A stretch of 56,609 nucleotides of DNA from Deferribacterales bacterium UBA4806 (GTDB taxonomy: Bacteria > Chrysiogenota > Deferribacteres > Deferribacterales > UBA228): contig DHGE01000021.1 in the NCBI GenBank assembly GCA_002402635.1, positions 1-56,609 on the forward strand, given 5' to 3'. The first letter of the stretch is position 1. Each line of letters opens with the position of its first letter. Positions 1 to 8,852 of this stretch are shown one piece after another. Below the pieces are notes generated by a model. It had not been told where the DNA came from. It did not search any database and saw only the letters and a list, made by a program, of their open reading frames with translations. The translations under genes and the position numbers were made by a program.

Positions 1-161
1 GCCTCAACATAATCAACATCTATCCCTAACTTATGTGAAAGATGCACCATTATTTCTCTATCAAAATATTTGTAATTTAAACGTTTTGCAAGTCTCTGAG
101 CTAGATAGGATCCTCCAGTGCCAATTTGTCTTGCTATTGTAATTACAACTTTTTCTCCCAT
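1..161 (-). CDS. Cytidylate kinase-like family protein (5' part only, runs off the window edge)
   Basis: Not in the ORF track. Manual translation from ATG 161 gives MGEKVVITIARQIGTGGSYLAQRLAKRLNYKYFDREIMVHLSHKLGIDVDYVE, a P-loop-like ITIxRxxGxGG...A..L...FDREI N-terminus. SD AGGGAG precedes it. Confidence 0.8.
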   Translation of the reverse strand, partial: MGEKVVITIARQIGTGGSYLAQRLAKRLNYKYFDREIMVHLSHKLGIDVDYVE

Positions 162-173
162 TATATTTCTCCC

Positions 174-1706
174 TTATTCTATTTTATTCTTTCTAAATAG
201 TAATAGCAATGGTATAGATAAAATAAATAATAATGCAATTGCAGCATAGACCCTATTATAGGCTAGCATATAAGCCTGATCATTTAAAGTCTTCTCCAGT
301 ATTTTATATGCTTGTTTACCTGCCAGATACATTGAAGAACCCTGAGCGTGTAAAAGATATTTAAAACTATCAATACTATTATTTGTTGCAATATTATATG
401 AATTGATGTTGTGAACAATTAAACCTCTAAAGTAATTCATTCCAGCTGAAGAAATACCTGTGGAAGCTATTGCAGTACCGATACTACCTGCAACTGTTCT
501 AATTACATTGTATATGCCTGTAGCAGAAGTCATCTGAGTCTTGTTAATACTAATTAAAGAAGTTGTTGATAAGGGCACAAATATTAAGCCAAACCCCAAG
601 CCCTGTAAAAACTGTGGTACAAATATAGCCCAGTAGTCTATATATAAATTTAGCTTAGAAAATTGCAAAAATGAAATAATAGATAATATAATGCCTACAA
701 AAATTAATTTTGTACCAAATCTATTATAAAGCCTTCCTGCAATAGGCATAGCTATACACATTGCAATTGCCCTTGGTACAATAACCAGTCCAGAATTAAG
801 AGCAGGATATCCCAATCTAGTTTGCAAAAACATAGGAGTTACAAAAATACTGCTAAAAAGCCCCATCCCCAGGATACCCCCAAAAAACGTTCCAACTGCT
901 AAATTTACATTTTTTAAGATCTTTAAATTGACAGCAGGCTCTTTAGTTCGTAACTCTTGGATAATAAATAAAATAATTCCAACAATTGCAACAACACATA
1001 ATTTCTTTATGAATGATGACTCAAACCAATTTTCATCTGAACCTTTCTGCAACATAATTTGCAATGTACCCAGCCCAACAGATAAAAATATAAGTCCAAA
1101 ATAATCTATTTTAACCTTGCTACGTTCTAAATAAGGTGGGTCAAAAATAAATCTTGATACAAGCAAGGTATTAATAATGCCAATTGGCAAATTAATAAAA
1201 AATATCCAGTGCCAACTATATGTATCAATAAGCCAACCACCTAATGCTGGGCCTATAGCTGGCCCCATAATAACACCAAGTCCAAAAATTCCCATAGCTC
1301 TGCCTTGATCTCTAGGTGGAAAAGTCTCTCTCATAATAGCTTGAGATAGAGGAATAATTGCTCCACCTCCAATCCCTTGAAATATCCTATAAATTGTAAG
1401 TTCTAATAAAGAATCAGACAATCCACAACCAATAGATGTTAAAGTAAAAAGAATAACAGCAAACTGATAAAAATTTTTTCTTCCAAATCTCTTTGAAAGG
1501 AGTGCCACAAGTGGCATAACTATAACATTTGCCAGCATATAACTTGCAATTACCCAGGTAATTTCAGTAGTTGAAGCTGAAGTTGCTCCCTGTATATGAG
1601 GAAGAGCCACATCTACGATTGAAGTGTCAATTGATGACATAAGTGTCCCTGTCATTAATGACACAGTAACCAACCATTTATTCACATTTTTTACATTCTC
1701 TTCCAT
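174..1706 (-). CDS. emrB: DHA2 family (EmrB/QacA) MFS efflux permease, copy 2
   Basis: 14-TM MFS pattern with IDTSIVDVALP (motif D1), FGRK, RIFQGIGGG, GPAIGPALGG and WHWIFFINLPIG. Confidence 0.92.
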   Translation of the reverse strand: MEENVKNVNKWLVTVSLMTGTLMSSIDTSIVDVALPHIQGATSASTTEITWVIASYMLANVIVMPLVALLSKRFGRKNFYQFAVILFTLTSIGCGLSDSLLELTIYRIFQGIGGGAIIPLSQAIMRETFPPRDQGRAMGIFGLGVIMGPAIGPALGGWLIDTYSWHWIFFINLPIGIINTLLVSRFIFDPPYLERSKVKIDYFGLIFLSVGLGTLQIMLQKGSDENWFESSFIKKLCVVAIVGIILFIIQELRTKEPAVNLKILKNVNLAVGTFFGGILGMGLFSSIFVTPMFLQTRLGYPALNSGLVIVPRAIAMCIAMPIAGRLYNRFGTKLIFVGIILSIISFLQFSKLNLYIDYWAIFVPQFLQGLGFGLIFVPLSTTSLISINKTQMTSATGIYNVIRTVAGSIGTAIASTGISSAGMNYFRGLIVHNINSYNIATNNSIDSFKYLLHAQGSSMYLAGKQAYKILEKTLNDQAYMLAYNRVYAAIALLFILSIPLLLLFRKNKIE

Positions 1707-1811
1707 AATTGGCCTCTAATTCATTAAGAATAATTAATTTTGTTAAATTCTTCTTTATACATTAAATTAATATCTCTAAGTATTTATATTAATTATATAT
1801 TTTTATAACAT

Positions 1812-3377
1812 TTATTTATTTTCATTTTGACTTCCTATATTTAGTTTTTTACTTTTTCTGAATAATAATAAGCATGGCAATGAAATTAAGAATAACATTA
1901 GCATAATGTAAAATATTTTATTATATGCCAGCATACTAGATTGTTCATTTACCATATCCCATAAAAGCTTGTATGCCCTTTGACTTGATAAATACGCACT
2001 TGAACCATTGTGATATAAAGCATCAAATGCATTATCTAACCAATCCCATAATAAATAATTATTTATGTTAAGGTTATGCACAATTTGCACTCTATAAAAG
2101 TTGCGCCCAGTTTCATCAGAAATAACCGTTGCAGCAATAGCAGTTCCAATACTACCTGCAACTTGTCTGACAACATTATACAGCCCAGTTGCTGAGGTTA
2201 ATAAATGCTTTTCTATTGTTATAAGTGCCGTTGTTGATAATGGTACAAATATTAGACCATAACCTATGCCCTGTAAAAATTGTGGAAGAAATATTGCTCG
2301 AAAATCTATTGATAAATTTAAATGGGATAACATAAAAAAAGATATGCTTGTTATTATCATTCCAACAAATATCAATTTTGTACGAAATCTATTATACATA
2401 AAACCTGCTATTGGCATAGTAATAAACATAGCCATAGCTCGTGGAAGAAGTGCAACGCCAGATTTAAAAGCATCATAGCCCATTAATTCTTGTAAAAAAC
2501 GAGGCAATACGAACAGACTACCATATAGGCCAACCCCTATTATTCCACTAAAAAAGGTCCCCACTGCCAGATTGACGTTTTTTAATATTCTAAGATTTAC
2601 AGAAGGATTTTTTACTTTAAGCTCTATTATTACAAAAATTATTAAACCAATTATTGCTGTAATAGCTAGCCTCTGAATAAATGTTGATTCAAACCAATTC
2701 TCCTCAGCTCCCTTTTCTAACATGATTTGTAGTGCACCAAGTCCAATTACCATAAAGGACAGTCCTAAATAGTCAATTTTTACCTTGCTCTTTTTAAAAT
2801 AGGGTGGATCAAATATAAAGAAATGTACTAAAAGAATATTTAGTATCCCAATGGGAACATTCATAAAAAATACCCAGCGCCATGAATATGCATCTGTTAT
2901 GTACCCTCCCAATGTCGGACCTAAGGCCGGCCCCAGTACAACACCAAGACCATATATACCCATTGCTGTACCATGTTGTTCTGGTGGAAAAGTCTCTCTC
3001 ATAATGGATTGTGCTAACGGAACAAGTACACCACCTCCTAACCCCTGCAAAATTCTCCAGATTATCAGGCTAACTAATGAATCGCAGAATCCACAGGCAA
3101 TTGAACTTATTGAAAAAATTAAGGATGAAAACTGATAAAAGTTTTTTCTACCAAATTTTTGGCACAATAGAGCTACTATTGGCATTACAATAACATTTGC
3201 AAGCAAATAACTGGCCACTATCCAGGTAGTTTCAGTGGTTGATGCAGCAATTGTGCCTTGTATATATGGGAGTGCAACATTGACACTGCTTGTGTTTATT
3301 GCACTCATGAGTGTACCAGTTAAAACAGATAAAGCTACCAACCATTTATTTACATTTATTTCATTGTCTTCTTGCAT
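1812..3377 (-). CDS. emrB: DHA2 family (EmrB/QacA) MFS efflux permease, copy 1
   Basis: Clear paralogue of 174..1706 with RILQGLGGG, GPALGPTLGG and WRWVFFMNVPIG; overlaps the emrA stop. Confidence 0.92.
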   Translation of the reverse strand: MQEDNEINVNKWLVALSVLTGTLMSAINTSSVNVALPYIQGTIAASTTETTWIVASYLLANVIVMPIVALLCQKFGRKNFYQFSSLIFSISSIACGFCDSLVSLIIWRILQGLGGGVLVPLAQSIMRETFPPEQHGTAMGIYGLGVVLGPALGPTLGGYITDAYSWRWVFFMNVPIGILNILLVHFFIFDPPYFKKSKVKIDYLGLSFMVIGLGALQIMLEKGAEENWFESTFIQRLAITAIIGLIIFVIIELKVKNPSVNLRILKNVNLAVGTFFSGIIGVGLYGSLFVLPRFLQELMGYDAFKSGVALLPRAMAMFITMPIAGFMYNRFRTKLIFVGMIITSISFFMLSHLNLSIDFRAIFLPQFLQGIGYGLIFVPLSTTALITIEKHLLTSATGLYNVVRQVAGSIGTAIAATVISDETGRNFYRVQIVHNLNINNYLLWDWLDNAFDALYHNGSSAYLSSQRAYKLLWDMVNEQSSMLAYNKIFYIMLMLFLISLPCLLLFRKSKKLNIGSQNENK

Positions 3378-4452
3378 AATGTTCTTCCATATAATCGAAA
3401 CCTTTGGAGGTTAGATCAACAGAAGGAACCACAGATAGTCCTGGCCATAAAGGAGCATTGGGATTATATGGTGTATCAATATCAACTCTCACAGGAACAC
3501 GTCTCACAACCTTTACAAAGTTACCCGTTGCATCTTCAGGAGGCAATAAGCTAAAAGTAGCACCAGCTCCAGGCTGAAAACTACCAATATGTCCCCAATA
3601 TACAAAGTGAGGGTAAGCATCTACTTCAATTTTAACTTTCTGACCTATTCTCATTTTTTCTAACTGAGTTTCCTTATAATTAGCTTCAACCCATATATCA
3701 TCTAAATTTACAATTGAAAAAAGAATATCCCCCTTTGCCACAAATTTACCTGGATCTACTTCCTTTCTTTTGGCTGTTCTCCCATTTGCAGGGGAATAGA
3801 TACTTGTTCTTGAAAGATCTATTTTTGCAAGTTCTAATTCCGCAGCATTCTGTTTAATTATAGATTCTTGTGTTTTTTTTCTTTTATATAAAGTAACTAT
3901 GGCTGCTTCAGTTTCCTTTATATATGCTTTTGTGGATTTTACATTTGCTTTATTAACATCTAATGTAGCTCTCGCCTTATCATAATCACTTTGTGATACT
4001 AATTCTTCAGCCAATAGCTTTCTATATCTATCTTCCTCCCTTTTTGCTAAAAACACTTCAGCATTTGCTCTTTCCAGCTCTGCTTTTGCACGATTTAATT
4101 CCATTTTTCTTTCATCTATTGAAGATTCAATTTCAAGTAGTGTTGCTTCAGAACTTTTTAATGTATTTTTCTTCTGCTCTACTGCTGCAATATAGTCTTT
4201 ATCTTCAATTTTCACTAATAATTGCCCCTTCTTCACATGAGCATTGTCACCTACATAAACTTCAACAATTTTACCATCTACTTCTGTAGCTAAAGGAATT
4301 ATACTGGCATGAACATAAGCATCATCTGTACTTTCATGAGATAATGCATATTTAATTTTAGGAATAGAATAAATAATACCAATAACAATTAATATTATTA
4401 AAATAATTCTAATTATTAATTTCTTCCCTATCACAACTCTACCTATTTTCAT
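3361..4452 (-). CDS. emrA: EmrA/HlyD-type periplasmic adaptor (membrane fusion protein)
   Basis: N-terminal TM, STDDAYV, lipoyl half-motif VKKGQLLVKI, coiled-coil hairpin, FSLLPPEDATGNFVKVVRRVPVRV. Confidence 0.92.
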   Translation of the reverse strand: MKIGRVVIGKKLIIRIILIILIVIGIIYSIPKIKYALSHESTDDAYVHASIIPLATEVDGKIVEVYVGDNAHVKKGQLLVKIEDKDYIAAVEQKKNTLKSSEATLLEIESSIDERKMELNRAKAELERANAEVFLAKREEDRYRKLLAEELVSQSDYDKARATLDVNKANVKSTKAYIKETEAAIVTLYKRKKTQESIIKQNAAELELAKIDLSRTSIYSPANGRTAKRKEVDPGKFVAKGDILFSIVNLDDIWVEANYKETQLEKMRIGQKVKIEVDAYPHFVYWGHIGSFQPGAGATFSLLPPEDATGNFVKVVRRVPVRVDIDTPYNPNAPLWPGLSVVPSVDLTSKGFDYMEEHYARRQ

Positions 4453-4556
4453 TTTACTCCTCTACTTTATTATAATTTTATTTACAACTCCTTAGATATG
4501 TAAGTGCTACAAAAAGCTAATGATCTTTGGCATGTAGAATTTAATTATGATAAAAT

Positions 4557-5906
4557 TCATTTCAATTCTGTTTTTAATTGAAAATCGGTTAACAAACTTC
4601 CCATAGCCTTTTTTAATCTTACAATTGAATTCTGATAATTATAGTAAGCCTCTGACACTTGTCTTTCTGATGTTAAAAGCAAGGTGTTAGCATCTATATA
4701 ATCGACAGAGGAAGCTAGACCAACATCAAACTGCCTTGAAACCAACTTATAATTATCTTTGGCGTAGGCCAATTGATCTTGATAGGATTTTAAATTTTGC
4801 GACTCTGTTAAATAATCAAGATAGGCATTCTTAACCTCAACAGTAATTGATTTCTTAGTATCAAAATATGAAAGAGCAGCTTGTCTTCTCTGAGCTTTGG
4901 CTTGGGCAACGTCAGCTCGTCTAAAGCCACCTTCAAAAACAGGTAACGTCATTGATATGCCAAAATAAATACTCTCATCAGCAATTGTTCCATCTTCAGC
5001 CTCTTCTGGATCAAAATCAGTTTTTGAGTAAACGCCTTCTAGACCTAAATCAGGGAAAAAGGATGACCTAGCATATTTAATCTGTTTATCAAAGATTATT
5101 TTATCAACTTCAGCTTGTTTTATTTCCGGTCTATTATTATATGATTCGGTTAACATTAAATCCAAATCTTGAGTAACCGGCTCTTCAATTGCAACCTCAT
5201 TAATATCAAAATTATCATCAATACCCACCAACCTTGCTAGGTAAATTTTAGCAAATTTAAGATTGTTTTCAGCTCTAACTAGATCTGATTCAGAACCTGA
5301 TAGTTCAGCCTCTGCTCTCAACAACACTGTTTTCGTATCTTTTCCAACAATATATCTTTTTTCAGAGGCATCCCTATGTGTTTTAAGTCTTTTTCTGTTA
5401 GCTTCAGATATTTCCACACCTCTTATCCCTCTTAAAACAGCAAAGTATGCATTAGAAACTTCCATTAAATAATCCTCTGAAACTCTTTCAACTTCATATC
5501 TAGAGCGCCTTAAATTATCTTTAGCAATTGATAAGCCAATAAATTCTCTACCGCCTAAAGAATAGCTCTGATCTAATCTTGCCCCCCAATTTGAAGAACT
5601 CTCTGGTTGAGTTATTGTATCAATAGATACGTATGAATCTGTTCCAGGTATATCTATTCTCTTTCCTGATCTTTTTTCATCTGTATACTTCCTGTGGCTT
5701 CCATAAAGGGATATATCAGGTATAAGAGTAGATAAAGCCTTTGTTTTATCATATCTAGATATTAGTTCTTCTTCTCTAGTTATATTAATAGCTTCAGCTC
5801 TTTCCAAAGCTATGTTTAACAAGTCTTTTAGTGTATATACTTCTTGACAATAGATAGAAAAACTCATTATCAAAAAAATTAATATCAAAAAAGATTTAAA
5901 TTTCAT
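4557..5906 (-). CDS. TolC-family outer membrane efflux protein
   Basis: Signal peptide, two OEP repeats (PDISL / PDLGL, LPVFEGG, FDVGLASSVDYIDA); located in the efflux operon. Confidence 0.9.
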   Translation of the reverse strand: MKFKSFLILIFLIMSFSIYCQEVYTLKDLLNIALERAEAINITREEELISRYDKTKALSTLIPDISLYGSHRKYTDEKRSGKRIDIPGTDSYVSIDTITQPESSSNWGARLDQSYSLGGREFIGLSIAKDNLRRSRYEVERVSEDYLMEVSNAYFAVLRGIRGVEISEANRKRLKTHRDASEKRYIVGKDTKTVLLRAEAELSGSESDLVRAENNLKFAKIYLARLVGIDDNFDINEVAIEEPVTQDLDLMLTESYNNRPEIKQAEVDKIIFDKQIKYARSSFFPDLGLEGVYSKTDFDPEEAEDGTIADESIYFGISMTLPVFEGGFRRADVAQAKAQRRQAALSYFDTKKSITVEVKNAYLDYLTESQNLKSYQDQLAYAKDNYKLVSRQFDVGLASSVDYIDANTLLLTSERQVSEAYYNYQNSIVRLKKAMGSLLTDFQLKTELK

Positions 5907-6481
5907 TAATTACTCCTCCTTAAGCCATCCAATAATAGGTCTAATAGCGTATCACCATATGCTTTAAGATCAACAATTTCTTCTCTAATATAAAAAGTTA
6001 TAAGCCCTGTTAAAAGAGATATTATAAGTTTTCCAACTTTGTCCACATCAATTTCCTTGAAAACACCTAAAGAAATACCTCTTGAGATTATGCTATTTAT
6101 TAATTTTTCTTGTGGATCATGGAAATATTTTATAAAATGCTCTTTAGCTTCAAAAACTCCCTCAGTAAGATTAATATTAATAAGTTTTGTGTTTTTAATA
6201 GAATATTCTAAATAACATTTAAAGATCCCCTTTAGAGCCTCAACAGGTTCATGATTTTGATACTCTAAAACATAACTGTTAAATTTAATCGATTGTTCTT
6301 TGATTAAGGCCATATATATCTCTTTTTTGTCTTTAAAGTGTAGGTAGAGGCTGCCCACACTTACTTCAGATGCTTGAGCAATTTCTTTCATAGTTGTTGC
6401 TTTGTAACCTTTATCAGAAAATATCTCTTTGGCTGATTTTAGAATGTGTTCTTTAATATCTATATTATCTTGAATTTTCAT
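5906..6481 (-). CDS. TetR/AcrR family transcriptional regulator
   Basis: HTH ILKSAKEIFSDKGYKATTMKEIAQASEVSVGSLYLHFKDK. Start moved to ATG 6481 because the track's TTG at 6538 coincides with the putative -35 box. Confidence 0.92.
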   Translation of the reverse strand: MKIQDNIDIKEHILKSAKEIFSDKGYKATTMKEIAQASEVSVGSLYLHFKDKKEIYMALIKEQSIKFNSYVLEYQNHEPVEALKGIFKCYLEYSIKNTKLININLTEGVFEAKEHFIKYFHDPQEKLINSIISRGISLGVFKEIDVDKVGKLIISLLTGLITFYIREEIVDLKAYGDTLLDLLLDGLRRSN

Positions 6482-6484
6482 TAT

Positions 6485-6498
6485 TGAATGACCGTTCA
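6485..6498. promoter_or_regulatory. Putative TetR autoregulatory operator
   Basis: Imperfect palindrome TGAATGACCGTTCA, 3 nt upstream of the tetR ATG and downstream of the putative promoter. Confidence 0.6.
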
Positions 6499-6509
6499 GC
6501 AAGAGGTAA

Positions 6510-6538
6510 CTTCTATCACATATAATTATTGTTGTCAA
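6510..6538 (-). promoter_or_regulatory. Putative sigma70 promoter of the efflux operon
   Basis: TTGACA-17 nt-TAGAAG with an extended TG; the -10 is imperfect. Confidence 0.45.
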
Positions 6539-6592
6539 TTAATTTTATTTTATAGATTGAACAACCTAAACAATTAATATAATTTGTTTTAA

Positions 6593-7393
6593 TTATTTTT
6601 TAATCAACTCTAGCTCATAAATATATGGCCAGTACTTTCCTGTAACAAAGAAACGTTTACTAGCCTCATCATAGGCAATACCGTTTAGAACATCTACAGG
6701 GGTATTTATGTTTTCATTTTCTAAAAGACCTGACAAATCAATCCAACCTTCCAGTCTTCCACTTTCAGGATTAATTATCGATATAAAATCTGTCATAAAA
6801 ATATTTGCATATATTTTACCATTTATATATTCAAGCTCATTAATATTAACAACTGGTGCATCTTTATCATAAACTTCTACTATTTTTTCTTCTTTGAAAG
6901 TTTTAGGATTTATATAAATCAACCTATTAGTACCATCACTCATAATTAGAGATTTCCCATCTGTAGTTAGACCCCAACCTCTAGTTCTATAATTAAAGTT
7001 ACCAAGTAATTCTAGATCTTTATTATAAATAAAACCAACCCTAGATTTCCAAGTAAGTTGATAGATCTTATCTTGTAAAATTGTAGCGCCCTCTCCAAAA
7101 TACATCATAGGAAGATTATACGATTTAAGTGGCTCAATACTACCTAGTTTATATTTTTTCATTTTAGATCTTCCATACTGTCCTGTACTCTCATATATAA
7201 CGCCTTTTTCATAAATTAAACCCTCTGTAAAATCTTCAGTATTATGGGGGTATTTATTTATTATTTTATATGTATATAAACTCTTATCCCCACGATCATT
7301 TGTTGACTCGGCCGATGCAAATAAACTATATAGTAAACCAATCATCACTACATATATTAACACAATATAATTTCTATACAATTTACACCTCAT
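6593..7393 (-). CDS. Glutaminyl-peptide cyclotransferase (type II, beta-propeller glutaminyl cyclase), exported or membrane-anchored
   Basis: YPH..DFTEGL, YESTGQYGRS, YFGEG, LTWK, GWGLT, NELEYING, VLNGIAYD, FVTGKYWP; hydrophobic N-terminus. Confidence 0.92.
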   Translation of the reverse strand: MRCKLYRNYIVLIYVVMIGLLYSLFASAESTNDRGDKSLYTYKIINKYPHNTEDFTEGLIYEKGVIYESTGQYGRSKMKKYKLGSIEPLKSYNLPMMYFGEGATILQDKIYQLTWKSRVGFIYNKDLELLGNFNYRTRGWGLTTDGKSLIMSDGTNRLIYINPKTFKEEKIVEVYDKDAPVVNINELEYINGKIYANIFMTDFISIINPESGRLEGWIDLSGLLENENINTPVDVLNGIAYDEASKRFFVTGKYWPYIYELELIKK

Positions 7394-7491
7394 ACATATT
7401 AATTATAACGACTCAAAAATTATAAATCAGTTCAAAAAAAATATACTAAATTATATAATCAATGCAACTATTAACTCAAATTGTCAATTCT

Positions 7492-7540
7492 AATAAAAAA
7501 TAAAACTGTACTTTACTGGAATATTGCCAGTAAAGTACAG
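7492..7540 (-). terminator. Rho-independent terminator after ccp
   Basis: Perfect 14-bp stem CTGTACTTTACTGG/CCAGTAAAGTACAG (7506-7540), 7-nt loop, followed by a T-rich tract on the minus strand. Confidence 0.85.
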
Positions 7541-7568
7541 ATAATACAGCAAAGGGTATTATATCTTT

Positions 7569-8603
7569 TTACTTAGAAAGTTCCGGTTGTGGAGTCTCAT
7601 CAGTAGATGGAGGCAAAATCGGATATGTTATCTCAGGTTGTACACCCGTTAATGTTTTAAGAAATGCAACAATACTACCAGTGTCCTTAGGTGATAACTC
7701 AACACCAACTTGTACTTTTGCCATTATTTTAACTGCATCAGCTAAGCTATAAACTTTCCCTGAATGAAAATATGGTGCTGTTAATGCAACATTTCTCAAA
7801 GTAGGTGTTTTAAATACATATTTATCATCATCATCTTTAGTTACATTATATCTCCCAAAATCATTATTTATTATGTCAGAAGATGGCATTTCAACAACAC
7901 CAAATTTTTCTAAAGCCTCACCACCTATGTTTATACCTTTATGACATGCATCACAACCATTATCCATAAATGCTTGAAGACCTGCTTTTTCATCTACAGT
8001 TAAGGCATTTTTATCACCCTTTAAGAATCTATCAAATTTGGAATCCGGTGTAATTAATGTTGCTTCAAATGCTTCAATGGCCTTAGCTAAATTGTTTATA
8101 TTAACTGGATTTTTATCACCAGGAAAAGACTTTTTAAACATATTAACATATTCAGGGATACTGTTAAGTGTTTTCAAAACCCTTTCTTCATTATTAGCCA
8201 TCTCAACTGGATTAAATAAAGGTCCCTTGGCTTGTTCAGCTAAAGTTTTTGCTCTACCATCCCAAAATTGTGAGGTATTAAATACCGCATTAAAGCTTGT
8301 TATGTCATTTCGAGTACCCTGTTGCCATGCATGACCTGTACCAGTTGGTTGAAAATCTGAACCAGCCAGACCCACATTATGGCAGGTATTGCAACTTATA
8401 AGCGCACTTTTAGATAGTCTTGGATCAAAATATAACATTTTTCCTAATCCTATTTTTTCCTTTGTTATTGTATTATTTTCTAATGTTGGAGGATTTGCAG
8501 GAATTGGCTTAAATTTTTCTTTTGCTTTCATCAATAAATCCTGTGCATTTGATATCGGTGCAAATAAAAGACAGACCAAAAGAATGAATAAAAATTTCTT
8601 CAT
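7569..8603 (-). CDS. ccpA: Di-haem cytochrome c peroxidase
   Basis: Signal peptide, LGKMLYFDPRLS, CNTCH, QFWDGRA..LAEQAKGP, CDACH, FKTPTLRNVALTAPYFHSG. Confidence 0.95.
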   Translation of the reverse strand: MKKFLFILLVCLLFAPISNAQDLLMKAKEKFKPIPANPPTLENNTITKEKIGLGKMLYFDPRLSKSALISCNTCHNVGLAGSDFQPTGTGHAWQQGTRNDITSFNAVFNTSQFWDGRAKTLAEQAKGPLFNPVEMANNEERVLKTLNSIPEYVNMFKKSFPGDKNPVNINNLAKAIEAFEATLITPDSKFDRFLKGDKNALTVDEKAGLQAFMDNGCDACHKGINIGGEALEKFGVVEMPSSDIINNDFGRYNVTKDDDDKYVFKTPTLRNVALTAPYFHSGKVYSLADAVKIMAKVQVGVELSPKDTGSIVAFLKTLTGVQPEITYPILPPSTDETPQPELSK

Positions 8604-8710
8604 ATATCACCTCTATTGCTTAATAAAAATCACCTATATTATATATTTGATTTTTAATTTTATCAATAATATTTCCAAATAAATCAATTCATTTATATAA
8701 TACTTATTAT

Positions 8711-8770
8711 ATCCCTGTGGGGGGCCTCCCGTTTGACAGAGGCTTCCCGGCCTAATCAACTAATGGGGAT
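8711..8770. other. GC-rich structured non-coding element of unknown class
   Basis: 35/60 G+C in very AT-rich flanks; nested stems ATCCCTGT/ATGGGGAT and GGGGGGCCTC/GAGGCTTCCC. Confidence 0.45.
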
Positions 8771-8781
8771 TTTAGGGACGG

Positions 8782-8835
8782 GGGACAGACTCCTTATAAC
8801 ACTTTTAAGCTTAGGTAAATGAAGTCCTCTGTCCC
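8782..8835. repeat. Inverted repeat GGGACAGA...TCTGTCCC (REP-like)
   Basis: 8-bp perfect arms at 8782-8789 and 8828-8835 with a 38-nt spacer, preceded by a second GGGAC. Confidence 0.5.
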
Positions 8836-8852
8836 ATTTATATTTTATACTA

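Noticed and set aside
8647-8666. FNR-like box upstream of ccp (TTGAT...ATCAA)
   Set aside because: The spacer is 10 nt rather than 4, and the context is AT-rich.
8711-8770. Assignment to c-di-GMP-I riboswitch (CCGGCCTAA), HDV-like ribozyme (CTAATGGG), Moco RNA (GCCTCCCGT) or tmRNA 5' end
   Set aside because: Only short words match. The required GGCAAA/GNRA arm, nested pseudoknot order or remaining domains are absent.
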